Shown: positions 1 to 10,042, counted from the stretch's first letter. The stretch: DNA of 29,003 nt from Trichormus sp. ATA11-4-KO1 (GCA_019358915.1 JAHHIM010000047.1:1-29003), one strand, 5' to 3'. Numbers and translations: made by a program. Notes: generated by a model from the sequence alone, not told the origin.

Positions 1-27
1 GAGGAGTGAGCTCTGGGCAGTCATCAT
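1..27 (-). CDS. N-terminus (MMTAQSSLL...) of a gene running off the window, possibly a sugar transferase co-transcribed with the GT4 gene
   Basis: Minus strand reads AAGGAG-T-ATG-ATG-ACT-GCC-CAG, a Shine-Dalgarno plus start just downstream of the GT4 gene. Product inferred from context only. Confidence 0.45.
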
Positions 28-133
28 ACTCCTTAATAATCCACACCACACATAGTCCCAATCTTAAAGCCAAAATGAAGTGCTTCTGGTGGGAAATTTC
101 CAAAAGCCCACAAAACAAGGAATTAAATTTTGC

Positions 134-1279
134 TCATCGCTCTGGGGATAGTTTTTTTTCGTTGCATTCATCTAAAAATTTTAGATAACGCTTGGCAAAG
201 ACTTGCGGTGAAAACTGGGCGGCGTGCGATCGCACATACTCAAGGTTGAATGAATTTTGATACATTTCAAATTTTTCTACTGCCTCCATCAGAGCTGCTT
301 CTGTTTGTGTCCGGAAGAATATACCTGTTGCTGTGTCCATACAAGAGCGCAAATCTCGTACAGTTTCTAGAGCACCCCCAGCACCGTAGGCAATTACTGG
401 AGTACCACAAGCTTGTGCCTCCACTAAAGCGATGCCAAAATCTTCACAAGCTGCATACACAAATGCCTTAGCTCTAGCCATATATTTTTTTACCACGTCA
501 TCGGGTTGCCATCCCAGTATTTGGATATTAGAGTTAGCTATCTCGCGAATCTTGTTCATTTCGGAACCTGTACCAATTATTACTAATGGCCGTTGTAATT
601 GATTAAAAGCCCTGACAATTAAGGATACTTGCTTGTAACTCACTAACCGGGAAACTATCAGATAAAAATCTTCCTTTTGAGGCAAAAACGGTAAATTATC
701 GATGTTCACTGGGGGATATATCACTTTTGCTTCCCGCCGATAACAGCGCCAAATGCGACGGGCTGTGTGGTGCGAATTGGCGATAAAGTAATCAACACGG
801 TTAGCACTCAGTACGTCCCACTGGCGCAAACTATGCAGTAAATACCGAGTTACCCATCCAGCTAAACCATTTCCCAACTTGCTTTGGCGTAGATAGTCAA
901 AGGTCAAGTCCCAAGCATAGCGCATAGGGCTGTGACAGTAGCAAATATGCAACTGATCAGGAGTTGTCAAGACTCCTTTGGCGACAGCATGGGATGAAGA
1001 CAGAATCACGTCATAATGCCGCAAATCCAGTTGCTCAATGGCTAATGGCAACAAAGGCAGGTATTTTTGGACACCATTACGGGCATAGGGTAGATGCTGA
1101 AGAAAAGTTGTGCCAATCTGACGTTGGTATAAATAACTTTCATTATTGGTGGATTCAAAATCAATCAGGGCATATAAATTGGCATCAATGTGATTCAGAA
1201 TTTCCTGCACAACTAATTCTGAACCGCCTGTGGCTTTAGGTGTTAGCCACTCATGAACCAAAGCGTATTTCAAGGGCAC
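134..1279 (-). CDS. Glycosyltransferase family 4 (GT-B fold)
   Basis: 381 aa with the GGSE N-terminal motif and EDFGIALVEAQACGTPVI (E-x7-E); GTG start. Confidence 0.92.
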   Translation of the reverse strand: MPLKYALVHEWLTPKATGGSELVVQEILNHIDANLYALIDFESTNNESYLYQRQIGTTFLQHLPYARNGVQKYLPLLPLAIEQLDLRHYDVILSSSHAVAKGVLTTPDQLHICYCHSPMRYAWDLTFDYLRQSKLGNGLAGWVTRYLLHSLRQWDVLSANRVDYFIANSHHTARRIWRCYRREAKVIYPPVNIDNLPFLPQKEDFYLIVSRLVSYKQVSLIVRAFNQLQRPLVIIGTGSEMNKIREIANSNIQILGWQPDDVVKKYMARAKAFVYAACEDFGIALVEAQACGTPVIAYGAGGALETVRDLRSCMDTATGIFFRTQTEAALMEAVEKFEMYQNSFNLEYVRSHAAQFSPQVFAKRYLKFLDECNEKKLSPER

Positions 1280-1437
1280 AGCTAACTTTAATTAAGTAGA
1301 AAAAACGCAAGGCAATTGTTTAGGTTAACTGAAAAGTTTCCCTTTGTAATCAAGGAATGGGAAGCGCCCCAGATTGAGCCTAAGACGTAATTCTCCCAAA
1401 AGTGGTTCCAGAGGGATACTGCAACCTGATAACCTCA

Positions 1438-1486
1438 AATGGGGAATGGGGAATGGGGAATGGGGAATGGGGAATGGGGAATGGGG
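1438..1486 (+). repeat. STRR-type heptamer tandem repeat (AATGGGG)x7, followed by C-rich heptamers to about 1540
   Basis: Seven exact copies read directly from the sequence. Confidence 0.95.
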
Positions 1487-1573
1487 ACTAAGAAAACCCC
1501 CCTCATCTCCCTCACTCCTTACTCCCTACTCCCTACTTCTTCAAAAGCAACTAAAAATAGAAATGGGGAATTT

Positions 1574-2512
1574 ATGCGAATTTTAATTATGGGTGGTACT
1601 CGGTTCATTGGTGTCTATCTAACTCAATTGTTGGTAGAACAAGGACATCAGATGGTACTGTTCAATCGTGGTAATCGTCCTGTACCTGCTTTGCCGGGAG
1701 TAGGACAAATTATAGGCGATCGCACTGACGCTACCCAACTAAAGGAAAAATTATCACCAGAAAATTTTGATGTTGTTTTTGACAATAATGGACGGGAACT
1801 GACTGATACGCAACCACTAGCAGAAATTTTTCAAGACCGAGTACAACATTTTGTCTATATGAGTTCTGCGGGAGTATATCTCAAATCTGACCAATTACCT
1901 CACATAGAAGGCGATGCAGTAGACTCGAAAAGTCGTCACCGAGGTAAGCATGAAACAGAAGCTTACCTGAGTCAACAGAAATTACCTTTTACGGCGATTC
2001 GTCCGACTTATATTTACGGGCCGCTGAATTATAATCCTTTGGAAAGCTGGTTTTTTGATAGAATTGTTCGCGATCGCCCGATTCCTATTCCTGGTAATGG
2101 ATTACATATTACACAATTAGGTCATGTCAAAGATTTAGCTACGGCTATGTCTCAAGTGATCGGCAATCAGCAAGCTATAGGACAAATTTATAATATTTCC
2201 GGCGATCGCTATGTCACTTTTGATGGTTTAGCCCGTGCTTGTGCTGTGGCGGCTGGCAAATCACCTGATGCTGTAAAAATTGTGCATTACGACCCGAAAA
2301 AATTCGATTTTGGCAAGCGCAAAGCTTTTCCGGTGCGGGTGCAGCATTTCTTCGCATCGGTAAATAAAGCGATAACGGAATTAAATTGGCAACCTGAGTA
2401 TGATTTAATTTCTGGGCTAGCCGATTCTCTAGAAAACGATTATCTGGCGAATGGGCAAGATAAAGCTGAGGTCGATTTCTCTTTAGATGAGGAGATTTTA
2501 CAGGCTGTTTAA
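1574..2512 (+). CDS. NAD-dependent epimerase/dehydratase family protein (CSP41b-like)
   Basis: Starts MRILIMGGTRFIG; also SSAGVY and RPTYIYGP. The ORF-track extension from 1439 is translated repeat. Confidence 0.88.
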   Translation: MRILIMGGTRFIGVYLTQLLVEQGHQMVLFNRGNRPVPALPGVGQIIGDRTDATQLKEKLSPENFDVVFDNNGRELTDTQPLAEIFQDRVQHFVYMSSAGVYLKSDQLPHIEGDAVDSKSRHRGKHETEAYLSQQKLPFTAIRPTYIYGPLNYNPLESWFFDRIVRDRPIPIPGNGLHITQLGHVKDLATAMSQVIGNQQAIGQIYNISGDRYVTFDGLARACAVAAGKSPDAVKIVHYDPKKFDFGKRKAFPVRVQHFFASVNKAITELNWQPEYDLISGLADSLENDYLANGQDKAEVDFSLDEEILQAV

Positions 2513-3234
2513 AGCTGTTCTGGATTTACGCCCAATTCTCGCAGTTTTGCTGCCAATAATTCTGCCCGTTGGCTTTCCTGTTCTACGGGCGTGGGAAGCC
2601 AATTGCCATTAGCATCGTACCAACGTAGCCACAAGCGCTCAGTTCCTTGATAAGCCCCTTGCCAAAGACCTAATCCTAATTGCAAACTAGGCATCCAAAT
2701 TCTTGGTGTACTCAATTCTAAATTGCTGTAGCGATCGGCAACAAGTTGAAATGCCTGTAATTTGTCAGTGTAGCGGTCAAAGACAATATAGTAAGGAACT
2801 CGCAAAATCCGTTCATAAACTTCCCACTTTGTTGGTGGTTGGTTAACTTCCCGTAGAGTTTGTCCCAAATCTTCTTTTTCTGTACCAGGAGATAGCAACT
2901 CTACCACGACAAAGGGGGCAACTCCTTCTTGCCAAATCACATAACTTAGACGTAAGTCGCGTTGTTCGTAGAGGCGAGAAACTCCCACACATGCAAACCA
3001 ATCGGGGCGTTTGTACCACAGGGGATGGTGGGGGTCGTAATAAAGGTTTAAGTCACTGGCTACGAATACTTGATCCGACGGATAGTCGGGTGGGGAGAAA
3101 GTTTCGCGCAAAAGTTGGGGTTGAAAATCGTGAAATTCGTCAGGCAAGCCAGGTTCCTCAGGGTTTTCACTAGGGAGATCATACATGGTAGGTAGAGCTT
3201 CTTTCGCAGAAAGAGGAGGGTCTGTTTGATACAT
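2509..3234 (-). CDS. Uma2 family (DUF820) putative endonuclease
   Basis: LPTMYDLPSE, RPDWF, VVVELLSPGT and ILRVPYYIVFD motifs of cyanobacterial Uma2; 4-nt convergent overlap with the epimerase. Confidence 0.9.
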   Translation of the reverse strand: MYQTDPPLSAKEALPTMYDLPSENPEEPGLPDEFHDFQPQLLRETFSPPDYPSDQVFVASDLNLYYDPHHPLWYKRPDWFACVGVSRLYEQRDLRLSYVIWQEGVAPFVVVELLSPGTEKEDLGQTLREVNQPPTKWEVYERILRVPYYIVFDRYTDKLQAFQLVADRYSNLELSTPRIWMPSLQLGLGLWQGAYQGTERLWLRWYDANGNWLPTPVEQESQRAELLAAKLRELGVNPEQL

Positions 3235-3423
3235 AAGTGAAGGAGTAGGGAATGGATAGTGGGATTCTTGATAACTTTAAGTTAGCGAAGTTAGCTCAAA
3301 GTCTCAAGGTGAAACTATTTTCTGATACTTAGGGGAGACGCATTTATTCAATTGATTTTTTACCCTAGAATATCCGTGCCATTTTCCAGGCTAGGGTAAT
3401 TTTTTGATTTATAGGTTAATCAA

Positions 3424-4305
3424 ATGACTGAAGTATTGCCAAATTCACCCCAAAACGTTTTAGCAGCGCGGGCGCGTTTAGGAGAAGGCCCTATCTGGGA
3501 TGCTACGGAAAATTTACTTTACTGGGTGGATATTTATAACCATCGAGTGCATCAATTTAACCCAGTCACAGGGAAAGATGAGTTTTTTGATGTGGGAGAT
3601 GTGGTGAGTGCGATCGCTCAAGCAGGAGATAATCGTTTAATAATGGCACTGCGCCACCAATTGGCATTCCTCAACACTCAGACAGGTGAGGTGACACCGA
3701 TGATTGAGATTGAAGCAGATTTACCAGATAACCGTCTTAATGACGGTAAATGCGATCCTCAAGGTCGCTTCTGGTTTGGCTCAATGTCCTCAGAAAAACC
3801 TCAAGCCAGCCTTTACCGTTATGATCCTGATGGTTCGTTGCATGTTATGGAGAAAGGACTGACTATTTCTAATGGTTTGGGATGGAGTCCTGACCAAAAA
3901 ACCTTTTATTTAACGGATTCTCCCCAACAAAAAATATACGCTTACGATTTTGACTCAGGTACAGGTAATATTAGTAATCGGCGGACTGTGGTTGATTTAA
4001 CTCATGAATCTTTCAATCCTGATGGATTGACCATAGATAGTGAAGGATATATTTGGTCAGCCATGTGGAATGGGTGGTGTGTGATCCGCTTCAGCCCAAC
4101 GGGTGAGGAAATATCACATTTACACATGCCTGTACCATTGGTAACTAGCTGCAACTTCGGAGGCGAAGATTTGCAAACACTTTATATCACCACTGCTTCT
4201 GTGGGACTCCAACAAGCGGAAATTGACAAAATCTACTATTCTGGTGATTTGTTTGCCTTCAAAACGGAAGTTACTGGATTACCCACATATAATTTTCAGG
4301 GTTAG
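3424..4305 (+). CDS. SMP-30/gluconolactonase/LRE family protein
   Basis: LGEGPIWD, RLNDGKCDPQGRFW, SNGLGWSPD and PDGLTID motifs. Confidence 0.92.
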   Translation: MTEVLPNSPQNVLAARARLGEGPIWDATENLLYWVDIYNHRVHQFNPVTGKDEFFDVGDVVSAIAQAGDNRLIMALRHQLAFLNTQTGEVTPMIEIEADLPDNRLNDGKCDPQGRFWFGSMSSEKPQASLYRYDPDGSLHVMEKGLTISNGLGWSPDQKTFYLTDSPQQKIYAYDFDSGTGNISNRRTVVDLTHESFNPDGLTIDSEGYIWSAMWNGWCVIRFSPTGEEISHLHMPVPLVTSCNFGGEDLQTLYITTASVGLQQAEIDKIYYSGDLFAFKTEVTGLPTYNFQG

Positions 4306-4339
4306 TTGTTAAATAATGAAGTAGAGTATTTGAGAAAAT

Positions 4340-5413
4340 ATGCAGACAGTATTAGTCACAGGAGGGGCAGGTTTTATTGGTGCTAATTTCATCCTGCTAG
4401 CTAGAAAATTAGCATGGGCTAATGTCATTAATTTAGATAAGTTAACTTATGCTAGCAACCTAGAAAATTTAGCAGAGTTACAAGGTGAGAAAAACTATCA
4501 TTTTGTGCAAGGCGATATTGGGAACTTTGAGTTAGTTAGTTATTTATTAGAACAGTATCAGCCAGAAGCAATTATCAATTTTGCGGCTGAAAGTCATGTT
4601 GACCGTTCTATTTTAAATCCCGAAAACTTTATTCAGACTAATGTAGTTGGCACATTTCAACTATTAGAAGCAAGTCGGCTTTACTGGCAAAAACTTTCAC
4701 CATCAAGACAGCAGCAGTTTCGCTTTTTGCATGTGTCTACAGATGAAGTATACGGCTCACTCAAATCACAAGACCCAGCTTTTCGAGAAGATACACCCTA
4801 TGCACCCAATAGTCCCTATGCAGCCTCAAAAGCAGCATCTGACCATTTTGTCAGAGCTTACCATCATACCTATGGATTGCCTACATTAACCACAAATTGC
4901 TCCAACAATTATGGGCCTCGTCAATTCCCTGAAAAACTGATTCCTTTAACTATCCTCAATGCTATGGATGGTAAGCCTTTACCTATATATGGAGATGGGC
5001 AAAATATCCGAGATTGGCTTTATGTTATTGACCATTGCGAGGCTATTCAACTTGTGCTTCAACAGGGAAAAATTGGTGAAACGTATAATATTGGTGGACT
5101 TAACGAACAAACTAACTTGATAGTTGTTGAGAAAATTTGTGTCATTTTAGATGAATTAGTTCCTAAATCAGATTACAGCCATTCTTCTTTAATTACTTTC
5201 GTTAAAGACCGTCCTGGACATGATCGAAGATATGCAATTGACTGTAGTAAAATTAGTCAGGATTTAGGTTGGCAACCTCAAGAAAACTTTGATAGTGGTT
5301 TACTAAAGACGGTGCAGTGGTATTTGGATAATTCGGCGTGGGTGAATCAAGTTCGCTCAGGAGCTTACAAAAACTGGTTAAAACAAAATTATGATCATAA
5401 AAAATTAGAGTAA
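4340..5413 (+). CDS. rfbB: dTDP-glucose 4,6-dehydratase
   Basis: GGAGFIG, DKLTYA, AAESHVDRSI, VSTDEVYG, PYAASKA and DRPGHDRRYAID motifs. Confidence 0.96.
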   Translation: MQTVLVTGGAGFIGANFILLARKLAWANVINLDKLTYASNLENLAELQGEKNYHFVQGDIGNFELVSYLLEQYQPEAIINFAAESHVDRSILNPENFIQTNVVGTFQLLEASRLYWQKLSPSRQQQFRFLHVSTDEVYGSLKSQDPAFREDTPYAPNSPYAASKAASDHFVRAYHHTYGLPTLTTNCSNNYGPRQFPEKLIPLTILNAMDGKPLPIYGDGQNIRDWLYVIDHCEAIQLVLQQGKIGETYNIGGLNEQTNLIVVEKICVILDELVPKSDYSHSSLITFVKDRPGHDRRYAIDCSKISQDLGWQPQENFDSGLLKTVQWYLDNSAWVNQVRSGAYKNWLKQNYDHKKLE

Positions 5414-5473
5414 TAATATTTGAATTTGTTGACTATTTTGAGGAATAAAGTCCTCACTACAAACTTATAATTA

Positions 5474-5992
5474 TTATTCAGCAATGCTAACTTTCTGTGG
5501 GAGAATATAAATTACCCCAGAGATTAATGTCAAAGCAACAGCAAGCCAAAAAGCAATAATAGAGGGAGTTTGCCATAATTCTGGTAAAGGTGCAATCAAA
5601 AGCGCGATCGCAATTATCTGACTAACGGTTTTGAGTTTACCCCAAATATTCGCCCCGGTAATCGTAGTTTGATTAACTCGCCACCCAGCGATCGCTAATT
5701 CCCGCGCTAAAATAACGAACACGCCCCAAGCAGGAATTCTTTCTAATTCCACTAACACTAATAATGGTGCAAGTACCAGCAATTTATCCACTAACGGATC
5801 GAGAAACTTACCTAAATCAGTAATTTGGTTGAGTTTGCGTGCCAAATAGCCATCTAACCAATCAGTCAACGCAGCAACTAAAAATATTGTCAAACATACC
5901 CATCTGGCTTGGGATGAGGGATTATATAAACCGTAAAGTAAAAATGGTATTCCCAAGAGTCGAGAAAAAGTAATCCAGTTGGGTAGAGTCAT
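5474..5992 (-). CDS. pgsA: CDP-diacylglycerol--glycerol-3-phosphate 3-phosphatidyltransferase
   Basis: Starts MTLPNWITFSR (ATG at 5992); DWLDGYLARK...GKFLDPLVDK CDP-alcohol phosphatidyltransferase motif. Confidence 0.93.
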   Translation of the reverse strand: MTLPNWITFSRLLGIPFLLYGLYNPSSQARWVCLTIFLVAALTDWLDGYLARKLNQITDLGKFLDPLVDKLLVLAPLLVLVELERIPAWGVFVILARELAIAGWRVNQTTITGANIWGKLKTVSQIIAIALLIAPLPELWQTPSIIAFWLAVALTLISGVIYILPQKVSIAE

Positions 5993-6012
5993 GAGTTTGG
6001 GTTGGAGATTAT

Positions 6013-6576
6013 CTATAACTTCAACCAATCAAATAATTGCCCTAATGTCAACTGTAATTCACTAACTAATTCTGGGACTGGTAATATATCTTGTGCGTCT
6101 TCTAGAAATATTGGTTGTTGGTGATGTGGATAAACTAAAATGTTATATTCTTCTGGGTTAATTAACCAACCTAAACTAGTACCATGATTTAAACAATGTA
6201 AGATATTTCTAGTCACTTTAGTTATGCTTTGTTCAGGAGAAAGAATTTCAATTGTCCAATCTGGATATGTATTAAAGACATTAGCAATATTGCCTTGTTC
6301 ATCTACAGGAATTCTCTGCCAAGCGAATACTGCCACATCAGGCACAATGGAACGCCCACCAAATGTGCAACGTAACTCTGGAAAGGCGCGGGCAATTTTG
6401 CGCGGTTTGACTACACCATTAATCGACGTAACTAATTCACCTTGAAGTGTACTATGTTTACCTTGGGGCATAGGTTTTTGAATAATTTCGCCGTTAATAT
6501 ATTCACTAGCTGGTTTTGTTTCTGGTAATTGTAAAAATTCCTCTAAAGTTATCCGGCGAGTTGGTGTTTTGATCAT
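6013..6576 (-). CDS. Uma2 family putative endonuclease (copy 1 of tandem pair)
   Basis: TLEEFLQLPETKPASEYING, IVPDVAVF and PDWTIEILSP motifs. Confidence 0.92.
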   Translation of the reverse strand: MIKTPTRRITLEEFLQLPETKPASEYINGEIIQKPMPQGKHSTLQGELVTSINGVVKPRKIARAFPELRCTFGGRSIVPDVAVFAWQRIPVDEQGNIANVFNTYPDWTIEILSPEQSITKVTRNILHCLNHGTSLGWLINPEEYNILVYPHHQQPIFLEDAQDILPVPELVSELQLTLGQLFDWLKL

Positions 6577-6632
6577 AATATTTTCCTGCTGCTATTTAAA
6601 CTCAAATTTAGCTAAAATAGAATTGAAACCTC

Positions 6633-6726
6633 CCGATTTGGCTGGGAATGAAAGATTACATAAACCTTAAAGTAAAAATGGTATTCCCAAGAGTCGAGAA
6701 AAAGTAATTCAATTGGGTAGATTCAT
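6633..6726 (-). pseudogene. Truncated 5' fragment of pgsA carried by the Uma2 tandem duplication
   Basis: Translates MNLPN*ITFSRLLGIPFLL*GLCNLSFPAK versus pgsA MTLPNWITFSRLLGIPFLLYGLYNPSSQAR; two in-frame stops. Confidence 0.9.
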
Positions 6727-6745
6727 AATTTGGGTTGGAGGTTGT

Positions 6746-7309
6746 CTATAACTTTAACCAATCAAATAATTGTCCTAATGTCAAGTGTAATTCACTAACT
6801 AATTCTGGGACTGGTAATATATCTTGTGCGTCTTCTAAAAATATTGGTTGTTGGTGATGTGGATAAATTAAAACGTTATATTCTTCTGGATTAATTAACC
6901 AACCTAAACTAGTACCATGATTTAAACAATGTAAGATATTTCTGGTAACTTTGGTGATACTTTGTTCAGGCGAGAGAATTTCAATTGTCCAATCAGGATA
7001 TATATTAAATATATTAGCAATATTGCCTTGTTCATCTACAGGAATTCTCTGCCAGGCGAATACTGCAACATCTGGTACAATAGAACGTCCACCAAAGGTG
7101 CAGCGTAATTCTGGTAAAGCTAACGCTATTTTTTTTGGTTCTACCACACTATTAATGGCATTAGCTGATTGAATTTGTAATCTACTATGTTTACCTTGGG
7201 GCATAGGTTTTTGAATAATTTCGCCGTTAATATATTCACTAGCTGGTTTTGTTTCTGGTAATTGTAAAAATTCCTCTAAAGTTATCCGGCGAGTTGGTGT
7301 TTTAATCAT
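6746..7309 (-). CDS. Uma2 family putative endonuclease (copy 2 of tandem pair)
   Basis: Paralog offset 733 bp from copy 1; start MIKTPT at 7309 by alignment. Confidence 0.92.
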   Translation of the reverse strand: MIKTPTRRITLEEFLQLPETKPASEYINGEIIQKPMPQGKHSRLQIQSANAINSVVEPKKIALALPELRCTFGGRSIVPDVAVFAWQRIPVDEQGNIANIFNIYPDWTIEILSPEQSITKVTRNILHCLNHGTSLGWLINPEEYNVLIYPHHQQPIFLEDAQDILPVPELVSELHLTLGQLFDWLKL

Positions 7310-7376
7310 AATATTTTTCCTACTGCTATTTAACCCCAAGTCTAGCCTAACTCGTCAACTCAGATATCTGACTTTC

Positions 7377-7404
7377 CGAATTACGAATTACGAATTACGA
7401 ATTG
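7377..7404 (+). repeat. Heptamer tandem repeat (CGAATTA)x~4
   Basis: Three exact copies plus CGAATTG. Confidence 0.9.
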
Positions 7405-7459
7405 GTATTGGTGTATTTGCATGGCATGATCTGTATTTTGAGATTATCCAAACAATACT

Positions 7460-8890
7460 ATGGCTGACAATACAGATTTTCGTATTGAACATGATTCGAT
7501 GGGCGATCGCCACATTCCTGGTAGCGCTTATTACGGTATTCAAACGCTACGGGCAATTGAAAACTTTGCCATTAGTGGCATCAAACCCTTACCTACTTAC
7601 GTAGATGCTTGTATCATCATTAAAAAAGCTACAGCAATTGTGAATGGAGAATTGGGTTGTATTCCCCAAGATATCAGTCAGGCAATTATCCAAGCAGCTG
7701 ATGAAATACTCACTGGCAAGTTCCGCGATCAGTTTGTTGTTGATGTTTATCAAGCTGGGGCGGGAACTTCCCACCACATGAATGTTAATGAAGTTTTGGC
7801 AAATCGGGCATTAGAGATTCTCGGCGAAGAAAAAGGCAATTACAAACGCGTTAGCCCCAATGATCATGTGAACTACGGGCAGTCTACCAATGATGTGATT
7901 CCTACGGCCATTCGCATCGGTGGCTTATTAGCACTTGCCCAAACATTACACCCAGCTTTATCAAAGGCGATCGCCGCCTTAGAAAGCAAAGCTGGAGAAT
8001 TTCAAGATATCGTCAAATCAGGCAGAACCCACCTGCAAGATGCTGTACCTGTGCGTTTAGGCGAAAATTTTCGCGCTTGGGCATATATCTTATCAGAACA
8101 CCAAAACCGTATTTATACAGCCTCTGGGGATTTAATGGTATTGGGTTTGGGTGGTAGTGCTGTCGGCACAGGTTTGAATACTCATCCCCAATATCGCGCC
8201 CGTGTGGTAGAAGTGATTTCCCAATTGATAGAATCGCCCCTAGAACCTGCATCCCATTTAATGGCAGCAATGCAGAGTATGGCACCTTTTGTCAATGTTT
8301 CCGGTGCTTTACGCAACTTGGCGCAGGATTTAGCGAAAATATCCCACGATTTGCGGTTGATGGATTCAGGTCCAAAAACTGGGTTAAAAGAAATTCAACT
8401 ACCACCCGTACAACCAGGTTCCTCGATTATGCCAGGGAAATATAACCCGGTTATGGCAGAGATGACATCAATGGTGTGTTTTCAGGTGATGGGTTACGAC
8501 AATGCGATCGCTCTAGCCGCCCAAGCAGGACAATTAGAATTAAATGTGATGATGCCGCTAATTGCCTACAACTTGATTCACAGTATCGAAATTCTCGGTC
8601 ATACCATCGCCGCCCTCACCGAACGCTGCATCCAAGGAATTACTGCTAACAAGGAACGTTGTCTAGCATACGCTGAAGGTAGTTTAGCTTTAGTCACGGC
8701 ACTTAATACCCACATTGGTTATCTCAATGCGGCGGCTGTAGCTAAAGATTCTTTAGCTACAGGCAAATCTCTCCGGCAAATTGTCTTAGAACGAGAACTA
8801 ATGAGTGAAGCAGAATTAGCCACGGTGTTAAATTTAGAACAGATGAGTTGTATCTTACCCCTCATGGCAGAATCGGGAGAAGTAGATTAA
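7460..8890 (+). CDS. aspA: Aspartate ammonia-lyase / class II fumarase family lyase
   Basis: YYGIQTLRAIENF, QAGAGTS, GRTHLQDA and GSSIMPGKYNP. The GAGTS motif is AspA-like rather than the FumC-type GSGTQ. Confidence 0.8.
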   Translation: MADNTDFRIEHDSMGDRHIPGSAYYGIQTLRAIENFAISGIKPLPTYVDACIIIKKATAIVNGELGCIPQDISQAIIQAADEILTGKFRDQFVVDVYQAGAGTSHHMNVNEVLANRALEILGEEKGNYKRVSPNDHVNYGQSTNDVIPTAIRIGGLLALAQTLHPALSKAIAALESKAGEFQDIVKSGRTHLQDAVPVRLGENFRAWAYILSEHQNRIYTASGDLMVLGLGGSAVGTGLNTHPQYRARVVEVISQLIESPLEPASHLMAAMQSMAPFVNVSGALRNLAQDLAKISHDLRLMDSGPKTGLKEIQLPPVQPGSSIMPGKYNPVMAEMTSMVCFQVMGYDNAIALAAQAGQLELNVMMPLIAYNLIHSIEILGHTIAALTERCIQGITANKERCLAYAEGSLALVTALNTHIGYLNAAAVAKDSLATGKSLRQIVLERELMSEAELATVLNLEQMSCILPLMAESGEVD

Positions 8891-8964
8891 AAAGAAAGCA
8901 TGAAGATAGAAAATCCTAGAAATTTTTCTTGACCTCTATCTTCACCAATCCTAATTTATGATCC

Positions 8965-9936
8965 ATGTCGACTCAAAAACCATCTGTCAGTCTCATCCGG
9001 GCTACTTCCTATGAACGGGAGACTTTACGGGAATCTTTAGTCACCCTGCTGGAACCTTTTGGAGGAATGGCAGGTTTTGTGAAAAAAGGCGATCGCGTTT
9101 TACTCAAACCAAATCTCCTCACAGGGGCACGTCCTACTAAAGAATGTACAACCCGCCCAGAACTGGTTTATGAAGTCGCCCGGATGGTAATAGAGGCTGG
9201 TGGTAAGCCATTTTTGGGAGATAGTCCGGCTTTTGGAAGTGCCAAAGGAGTAGCACAAGCAAATGGCTATCGTCCTCTTTTACAAGAACTAAATTTGCCA
9301 ATTATCGAGTTTCATGGTAAGCGTTACCAAACCGTCAATGAAAATTTTAATCATCTGCTGCTGTGCAAAGAAGCAATGGAAGCAGATGTGGTAATTAACC
9401 TACCTAAAGTCAAATCACATGTGCAGTTGACTTTGACACTGGGGGTAAAAAATTTGTTTGGTTGCGTTCCTGGTAAAATGAAAGCTTGGTGGCACATGGA
9501 AGCCGGCAAAGACGCTAACCGCTTTGGTGAAATGTTAGTAGAAACTGCTAGGGCAATTAATCCCGACTTAACTATATTAGATGGCATCATCGGTCATGAA
9601 GGTAACGGGCCAAGTGGTGGTGAACCTCGTCCCTTGGGTATTTTGGCAGCAGCAGCAGATGTATTTGCATTAGATAGGACTATGCTGGAAATCCTCAACG
9701 TATCACCCCATCAAGTCCCCACCGTTGCGGCTTCCCAACGGTTAGGAGTTTGTCCAGAACTTGCTACTATTGAGTTTCCCAAATTACATCCTGACTTACT
9801 ACAAATAGAAGATTGGCAACTACCAGACAAATTAATGCCTATTGATTTCGCCATGCCTCGTGTGATTAAGTCCACGTTTAAACATCTTTATATTCGGTTT
9901 CTGAAGGAACCCATGAATGCCTATGGAAGGGAGTAG
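8965..9936 (+). CDS. DUF362 domain-containing protein
   Basis: VLLKPNLL, VINLPKVKSH, LGVKNLFGC and DGIIGHEGNGP motifs. Confidence 0.88.
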   Translation: MSTQKPSVSLIRATSYERETLRESLVTLLEPFGGMAGFVKKGDRVLLKPNLLTGARPTKECTTRPELVYEVARMVIEAGGKPFLGDSPAFGSAKGVAQANGYRPLLQELNLPIIEFHGKRYQTVNENFNHLLLCKEAMEADVVINLPKVKSHVQLTLTLGVKNLFGCVPGKMKAWWHMEAGKDANRFGEMLVETARAINPDLTILDGIIGHEGNGPSGGEPRPLGILAAAADVFALDRTMLEILNVSPHQVPTVAASQRLGVCPELATIEFPKLHPDLLQIEDWQLPDKLMPIDFAMPRVIKSTFKHLYIRFLKEPMNAYGRE

Positions 9937-10042
9937 GAAGTGGGGTGAAGTTGCTTCTATGATTTTCCCTTGTATTTAATTCAGGCTAGCAAAAAGTGCA
10001 AATGTTACAACAACTTTAAAATCAGCAGAGTTAAGTTATTAG

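Noticed and set aside
1374..1573. ORF and N-terminal extension containing MGNGEWG repeats
   Set aside because: Translation of the (AATGGGG)7 repeat; the epimerase Rossmann motif starts at 1574.
6224..7172. Two similar 73-aa plus-strand ORFs (6224-6445 and 6951-7172)
   Set aside because: Antisense shadows of the duplicated Uma2 genes; the duplication explains their similarity.
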